A stretch of DNA of 64,000 nt from Phycisphaerae bacterium (GTDB lineage: Bacteria > Planctomycetota > Phycisphaerae > UBA1845 > PWPN01), in contig DATIKE010000155.1 in NCBI GenBank assembly GCA_035477895.1, positions 5,045-69,044 on the forward strand, written 5' to 3'. The position numbers and the translations under genes were made by a program. Under the pieces are notes generated by a model, which was not told where the DNA came from, did no database searches, and worked only from the letters and a program-made list of their open reading frames with translations. Within the stretch, counting starts at the first letter, position 1. Each line of letters opens with the position of its first letter. This document shows positions 58,835 through 64,000 of the stretch, in pieces.

Positions 58835-59406
58835 GATGAGTCCTCCGCCGTTTCGAGCGGCCTTTCGGCAAGAAGTGCGACGATGTGGTCGAGGAGTCGT
58901 TTGGCGTAACGGGGGCTTCGGCCGCGGGTGTGAACGGCGATCGTGGCCGGTCCCCGGGTGTGCATGGCCGGGAAGAATACGCCCGAGTCCTCGGCCGAGG
59001 AGGAATTGCACAAGAGCAGGCCTCTCCGGCGCGCGTCGCGGGCAACGGCGGCATTCACCGCGGGATCCGAAGTGGCGGCCACGACGATCCGGGCGCCATC
59101 AAGATGCTCGGGACGGTAGCAATCGCGTATCCACTCGATGCGTCCCCGATCGACCAGGGGCCGAAGTCGGTCGGCGATCTCGGGTGATATGATCCTGACG
59201 CGCCCGCCCTGCCGAGCCAGACTAAGGGCCTTGCGGCCGCCGACCACGCCCCCGCCGACAACAACGATCGGAAGTTCGTCGGCCGCGATCGCCAGGGTGA
59301 CGAAGGACCGCGAGGGTCCCGGCCGGGCCTCGAGCGGAGAGTCGGCAGCGCGATTATCGCGCGGGGCCGCATCCGGGTGAATGACTGGAGAGAGAGACTG
59401 TCTCAT
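58831..59406 (-). CDS. sirC: Precorrin-2 dehydrogenase / sirohydrochlorin ferrochelatase (SirC/CysG-N-like)
   Basis: Rossmann motif VVGGGVVGGRKALSLARQGGRVRIISPE. Confidence 0.85.
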   Translation of the reverse strand: MRQSLSPVIHPDAAPRDNRAADSPLEARPGPSRSFVTLAIAADELPIVVVGGGVVGGRKALSLARQGGRVRIISPEIADRLRPLVDRGRIEWIRDCYRPEHLDGARIVVAATSDPAVNAAVARDARRRGLLLCNSSSAEDSGVFFPAMHTRGPATIAVHTRGRSPRYAKRLLDHIVALLAERPLETAEDSS

Positions 59407-61244
59407 GGCACGCGCTCCGGGAACAGCGTTTCGGGCGATCGGGCGGCGTCATTCAGAAGCTCCGCGGTCTTTTCCATCAGGTTGGCGGTCCGGGTATTCT
59501 CCTTGAACAGGCGTATCGCCTCGGCCATGCCGACGCGACGCAGCAGGTCGCCCAGCGACTCGCCCTCGCGGCCATTGTCGCGGTGATACTCGAAGAGCAC
59601 CTCCATGACGTTGGCCAACTCGTCGCGGTGAACGCTCTTGAGGTACATGCGGCCCTGTTCGTCGACGATGGGGATGCCCTGGTGCCGGCCATCCTCGGTG
59701 CCCATCAGCTTGAGCTGGTAACGATCGACCCCGGCGCCGACCCAGCCGATCGCCTTGGTCGCCGGGCGCGAACACTGACGCTCGCAGCCGCTCATGCCGA
59801 TCGACTCCGCCCGGTCGCCCCAGCCCCGATCCTCCATTTGGTCGACAATTTCCGGCAAACACCGCTCGGACTCGGTGTAGGACAGCCGGCAGGTTTTAAG
59901 TCCGACGCAGGCGACCGAGTGTCGCCGCAGTACGGAGAACTCCCGGCCGTTCCGCCGCCCGTAACCGAACTGCCGCATGTCGGCCTCGAAGGACTTCCGC
60001 GCGTCGTCGGGGATGTCGAGGAACAACAGGTCATCGTTGGGTGTGATCGCCAGCCGGATCGGGTAATTTTCCATCAGGTGGCGAACCATCGTTTTCTGCC
60101 GCCCGTTGGATCCGTCGATGATCCGGCCGTTCTCGATAAACGCGCCGTAAGCCCACCGGCCTGTGGACGGCAGGCGAATCCACCCGTGGTGCAGGCATCG
60201 CGGGCCGGGGTCGAATTCGGGGATCGGCGGATCGAAGCGCGCGCCGCGGGCCTGGGTCTGCTCGCGGAACCACTCCATGCCCATCTTGTGCACGACGTAC
60301 TTGAGCCGGGCCCAGTGCCGGTTCTGGCGGTCGCCCCACTCCTCCTGCACGTGCACGATGGCATCGAGCCCCTTGATGAGATCGTTTGCCGCGAACACGC
60401 CAAACGGGCCGCCCAGGGCGCAGAATGTCGGCTTGCCGTTGCGCTCGCCCTGTCCGCCCCCGATGTAGACCATGAACCGGTCGACCTTGCCGTCCGCCGG
60501 CAACGGGGCGATGCCCACGTCGTTGGTGCGCAGCTCGACGCAGTTGTCCGACTGGTATCCGTTTTCCGTGCGATGGACGGCCGAGAAGCCGATCTTGAAC
60601 TTACGGTTAAGCAGCTTCGGTCCGTAGTGATATCGCTCGTCGGGGGTGCGCATCGCGTTCGGATCGATCTCGAAGATATGAATGTGCGGCTCGGCGGGCA
60701 GGCGAAAATACTGCCCGGCCCGGCGAGCCCAGTCGCTGACATCAAAGACGCTGGTGTAGGACGACAGCGGGCAGGCCATCACGTTCCGCACGTTGTCACC
60801 ACAGCCGTTGAGCGTGCCCAGGCCGCTTTCCGCCATTCCGCGAACGATCTCGATCACGTGTTCCTTCCGCACCCAGTGGAACTGGATGTCCTGCCGGGTG
60901 GTCGCCCTCAGCGAGGGCACACCTTCGGGATTGCACCCATACCTGTCGGACAGCTCGTCGAGCACCCGCCACTGCTCGCGGGTCAGCGGTCCGCCCGCCG
61001 GGATGCTGACCCGAATCATGTAGATCCATTCCTTGGCCTGGCCGCCGGTGTCGCGGTTGTATTCGAGGTAAATGCCGTGGCTCTTGGCGAGCTGCTCGGT
61101 CGCGTCCTCGACATCCTGTCGGCTCGGATCGCGCAGGTCTTCCGCGATCCGGCCGCGTACGCCGTTGGAAGCGAGCTTGTATCGTTCGACCTCGCCCAGC
61201 GCGTCGTCCGGCGTTCTGAAGTTCGGCGTGATCTGTTTGGCCAT
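59403..61244 (-). CDS. sir: Assimilatory sulfite reductase hemoprotein (nitrite/sulfite reductase siroheme-4Fe4S family)
   Basis: 613 aa with a duplicated NIR_SIR ferredoxin-like / 4Fe-4S layout. Cluster Cys region: SVACVGLKTCRLSYTES...GMSGCERQC. Confidence 0.88.
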   Translation of the reverse strand: MAKQITPNFRTPDDALGEVERYKLASNGVRGRIAEDLRDPSRQDVEDATEQLAKSHGIYLEYNRDTGGQAKEWIYMIRVSIPAGGPLTREQWRVLDELSDRYGCNPEGVPSLRATTRQDIQFHWVRKEHVIEIVRGMAESGLGTLNGCGDNVRNVMACPLSSYTSVFDVSDWARRAGQYFRLPAEPHIHIFEIDPNAMRTPDERYHYGPKLLNRKFKIGFSAVHRTENGYQSDNCVELRTNDVGIAPLPADGKVDRFMVYIGGGQGERNGKPTFCALGGPFGVFAANDLIKGLDAIVHVQEEWGDRQNRHWARLKYVVHKMGMEWFREQTQARGARFDPPIPEFDPGPRCLHHGWIRLPSTGRWAYGAFIENGRIIDGSNGRQKTMVRHLMENYPIRLAITPNDDLLFLDIPDDARKSFEADMRQFGYGRRNGREFSVLRRHSVACVGLKTCRLSYTESERCLPEIVDQMEDRGWGDRAESIGMSGCERQCSRPATKAIGWVGAGVDRYQLKLMGTEDGRHQGIPIVDEQGRMYLKSVHRDELANVMEVLFEYHRDNGREGESLGDLLRRVGMAEAIRLFKENTRTANLMEKTAELLNDAARSPETLFPERVP

Positions 61245-61277
61245 CGTTGCCTCCTCGGCCTGGATTCCGTCCGACGA

Positions 61278-62039
61278 TCAGATACCACTGCCCTGGTCGT
61301 GCAGGTGCAGGCCGCATTCGGTCTTGTCAAATCCCGCCCAGCGACCCGACCGGGGATCCTCGCCGGGACGAATCTTCCGCGTGCAGTAGCCCTCCTCCGG
61401 CTGGCAGCCGATGCTGAGGTAACCCTGCTCGCGCAGAGGATGGTAAGGCAAACCGTGCTCCTGGAGGTAATCGTGAACGTCCTTGGCCGACCAGCGGGCG
61501 ATCGGACACAGCTTGACCAGGCCCAGATGATCGCGCTGCACAATCGGGCTGTTCCTGCGGGTCACGGACTGCTCGCGGCGAATCCCGGTCATCCAGCAGC
61601 CAATCCCCAGCTCGCGCTTGGCACGATCAAAAGGCTCCCGCTTGTTGAACGCGCAGCACGCATCCGGGTTGGAGCGCCACATTCTGCCATGCTCATTGAT
61701 GAAGCTCTCGCGGTCGAGCACGGGACGATAGATCAACAGGTTGAGGTTCAGCCGCCGAGCCAGCTCGTCGCGGAACCGAACGGTCTCCGGAAACAGGAAG
61801 CCCGTGTCCACGCTGATGACCTTGATGTCGGGCTTGACGCGGGTGGCCAGGTAAAGCATCACCGCGGAGTCGGCGCCGAACGAGGAAGACACGGCGGTCG
61901 CGTCGCCAAATTGCTCGGCCGCCCAGCGGATCAGATCCGAGGCGGAGTAGTTTTCGAAGAGTTCATTGATTGCTTTCAGGTCATCCCCGGAGCCGGGAAA
62001 CACGGGCAGACTCCGGGATTGCGACCGTTCACCATCCAT
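61278..62039 (-). CDS. cysH: PAPS/APS reductase (thioredoxin-dependent); the CC pair suggests an Fe-S (APS-type) enzyme
   Basis: Start MDGERSQ with GGAGGGGAG upstream. SSFGADSAVMLYL P-loop-like motif. DACCAFNK. SIGCQPEEGYCT. C-terminal ECGLH. Confidence 0.88.
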   Translation of the reverse strand: MDGERSQSRSLPVFPGSGDDLKAINELFENYSASDLIRWAAEQFGDATAVSSSFGADSAVMLYLATRVKPDIKVISVDTGFLFPETVRFRDELARRLNLNLLIYRPVLDRESFINEHGRMWRSNPDACCAFNKREPFDRAKRELGIGCWMTGIRREQSVTRRNSPIVQRDHLGLVKLCPIARWSAKDVHDYLQEHGLPYHPLREQGYLSIGCQPEEGYCTRKIRPGEDPRSGRWAGFDKTECGLHLHDQGSGI

Positions 62040-62124
62040 GCGTTCTCCCCTCCGGGCCGGCCTCCAACACTTCGGCCGAACCGATCGAGCGACTCGTTGA
62101 ACCATCCGGAAGACACTGTTTTCT

Positions 62125-62149
62125 ATAAACGATAATCATGGTCGTCTTT
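62125..62149. promoter_or_regulatory. Candidate Rrf2 operator (site 3, upstream of cysH operon)
   Basis: ATAAACGATaatcatgGTCGTCTTT. Confidence 0.4.
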
Positions 62150-62247
62150 CTCATGTTAGGATTCCCGACATACGCCGCCGGGTTGAACAGGCTCACTTAC
62201 ACGCCAGTCGCTCATCAGACTGGCATCACACAGGTTGATGCCGGACA

Positions 62248-62274
62248 ATAGACGACTTTCATGGTCGATTATAT
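62248..62274. promoter_or_regulatory. Candidate Rrf2 operator (site 4, inverted orientation, upstream of cysH operon)
   Basis: The reverse complement reads ATATAATCGACcatgaaaGTCGTCTAT. Confidence 0.45.
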
Positions 62275-62680
62275 ATAGATGACCCCGGGCAGTCAACACC
62301 CACGCTCAGCCACAAAGGGAACCCCGGAAATCCCTGGTCTGCACACCTCCGCCTGTGGATAGCAGTCCGGCAACGCCGGCAGCGGAGTGACTGATTCCAT
62401 AGCGTATGTCTCAAAATAGAGCGGGACAGGATTTTTTCATTGCCCCGCACTTGTGCGATATGCTAGGATGGGGACGAGTCGGGAAGGGCTATCAATCGCC
62501 GGACATGCCAACGCGACGAAGCCCAGGCATATCTCATTTCAGGGGAGGGTGGAATCATGGCACGGTGGGTTTTGATTGTTTCCATTGTGCGTGCTGGGTT
62601 TCTGCCAGATGACGGCCCAAGCCAACAACTGTCCGTCAGGCTACCCGAACGAAATCTTCTGTGATGATTTCAACACGTAT

Positions 62681-62753
62681 TGGGTAGGGTGAGAGTTGAA
62701 CTCACGACACATGGATTTTCAGTCCATTGCTCTACCACCTGAGCTACCTACCC
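62681..62753 (-). tRNA. tRNA-Phe: tRNA-Phe (anticodon GAA), CCA not encoded
   Basis: The reverse complement GGGTAGGTAGCTCAGGTGGTAGAGCAATGGACTGAAAATCCATGTGTCGTGAGTTCAACTCTCACCCTACCCA folds as a cloverleaf. It has a 7-bp acceptor stem, a GCTC/GAGC D-stem, an ATGGA/TCCAT anticodon stem with loop CTGAAAA, and a GTGAG-TTCAACT-CTCAC T-arm. Confidence 0.93.
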
Positions 62754-62983
62754 GGAGATCATGTCCGGCGGACAGTTACGGTCATGCCGGGCACGAGGTC
62801 GGAGCGTTTTTCACAGGCTCCCGCTCGGGCCGGAAACCCGTGTTCCGAACAATGAGCCAGTTTACGCAGGGCGCGCCATCCGGTCAAGGACGCGGCGACG
62901 GAACTCCCGGCGGAAAGTCCGTGACACTTTCGGCGGGGCAGGACCATCCTCACAACGGCAGGAACCGCGGACGAATCGTTCGA

Positions 62984-63913
62984 TCAGCAGGTCTCGGGCA
63001 TGAAGGTGGGCATGTTGACGCCGTCAAGGCCCGGCCAGTGCCCGCGCACCTGTTGAAAGTGCAGTTCGCAGTTGCGGGCGCCCAGGGCATACATCTCCCG
63101 CACGAGGTCGGCACAGTGCACAGGTACGAGAAACACCGGCGTGTGGCCGCGGTGCCGGTCGAGTTCGGCCAGGATGAGAGCGGCGGCCTGCTGTTCGGTT
63201 CGGGCGGCGCCAGGCCCGATCATCCGCGACGCCGGATGCGCACAGGATGCCAGGAAGCCGTCGAGTTGGCCGGTTTTTCCCTCCAGCACCGATACGTGCC
63301 AGATACCCTCGGGGTTCTCGATGAAATGGCGGTAGTCGCCGTCGCGGCGGGTGTGGTTGACGGCCAATTCGAGTTCGGCGATGCGGGCGACGTCCTCGAG
63401 TGTTGCCGGGTGCGCTTTCTCCGAGAGCGGCAGGCGGCCAACGCCGTTCGAGGAAACTTTGAGATACATATCCTGGTATGCGACCCGTGGCACGAAGCCT
63501 TTGCGCGTGTAGAGCGAGAAGGAATCGAGATTGACCGCGCTGGAAACAAGGCGAAGGGGCTTGGCCTCGCGCTCGGCGATCTCGATGACCCGGTCAAGCA
63601 AGTCGCCTGCGATGCCCCGGCCAAAGTGGTCCGGGTGAACGTTCATGATGCCAAGCGAGACGTGCGTCGGCCGAACGTGGTAGAAGCACGAACCGGTCAG
63701 TTGGTCGTTCCGCGGGTCCTCAGCCACGATGCCCGCGCTGCCCGGCAGGGCATGGTAGACGTCGAAGAACAAGGCGGTTTCGCCCGGATCACCGCGAAAG
63801 ATGGCCGGGCGACCGTGAGACGTGTACCAGGCGTTGGTGGAATGGTGGACCAGCTCGGCCACGGGGATCCGGTCCGCAGGAGTCATCGGCCGCATGTGGC
63901 AGGAAGCATCCAT
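62984..63913 (-). CDS. GNAT-family N-acetyltransferase (two-domain)
   Basis: ...GIMNVHPDHFGRGIAGDLLDRVIEIAE... is the acetyl-CoA binding motif (Q/RxxGxG/A type). The start may be the internal MRPMTPADR. Confidence 0.8.
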   Translation of the reverse strand: MDASCHMRPMTPADRIPVAELVHHSTNAWYTSHGRPAIFRGDPGETALFFDVYHALPGSAGIVAEDPRNDQLTGSCFYHVRPTHVSLGIMNVHPDHFGRGIAGDLLDRVIEIAEREAKPLRLVSSAVNLDSFSLYTRKGFVPRVAYQDMYLKVSSNGVGRLPLSEKAHPATLEDVARIAELELAVNHTRRDGDYRHFIENPEGIWHVSVLEGKTGQLDGFLASCAHPASRMIGPGAARTEQQAAALILAELDRHRGHTPVFLVPVHCADLVREMYALGARNCELHFQQVRGHWPGLDGVNMPTFMPETC

Positions 63914-64000
63914 GGCGCCATACCAGAGACACGATCAGGGACTTGAATCGGTTCCTTTCGCCGTTCGACGGGCTCACGGCTGAGGGCGCGGTTCAACAAT

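Noticed and set aside
59583-62135. 850-aa plus-strand ORF
   Set aside because: It is antisense to the sulfite reductase and cysH genes, both of which have clear family motifs. It is a typical high-GC shadow ORF. The same reasoning applies to 54192-55865 (+), 42011-43903 (+), 45478-47436 (-), 8458-10116 (-), 14148-16028 (-), 29253-30320 (+), 23830-25446 (-) and 48727-50157 (-).

Overview
GC-rich bacterial chromosome segment. The gene content and repeat families look Planctomycetota-like, but that is an inference: Tat-signal Gfo/Idh/MocA oxidoreductase, PmoA-like DUF6807 protein, xylose-isomerase-like TIM barrels, HEAT/TPR secreted proteins, and dispersed CCTGCCTGCCGCAGGCAGG-type palindromes. 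Most of the window is housekeeping: ferritin, ispD, fmt, rpsP-trmD-rplS, yraN, tatD, a DsbD-like protein, rny, ruvX and tRNA-Phe. An ~8 kb minus-strand sulfur-assimilation supercluster (cysH, sulfite reductase, sirC, cobA/hemD, Rrf2 regulator, cysK, a Cys/Met PLP enzyme, yjbQ) carries a four-times repeated candidate operator. Many long ORFs in the track are antisense shadow ORFs typical of high-GC DNA, and I reject them. Items most worth follow-up: (1) A GAF/sigma-54 (NifA-like) activator lies divergent from four genes chained by ATGA overlaps: an orphan ABC ATPase, a G3E-type GTPase with CxxC, a NifS-type cysteine desulfurase, and a Cys-rich protein with a Cx2Cx4Cx16C motif. It has a candidate -24/-12 promoter and is flanked by an IS relic. 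I read it as an uncharacterised metallocluster or sulfur-trafficking module. (2) An ~1.1 kb stretch (6.6-7.7 kb) has no credible CDS, is strongly strand-asymmetric, has recurring purine motifs, and ends in a clean minus-strand intrinsic terminator. It is a candidate large structured ncRNA. (3) A decayed mosaic of defense-type gene fragments (DPPY methyltransferase, DUF3800, Res-like tail) lies at 25.5-26.6 kb. (4) About 1 kb of apparently non-coding DNA upstream of rny contains a near-consensus TTGACC-N16-TATAAT promoter. (5) Nested palindromic repeats sit in inverted orientation around a two-gene cassette inside a putative polyprenyl-phosphate-dependent glycosylation cluster. All calls come from reading the sequence and ORF translations by eye; no searches or folding were run.
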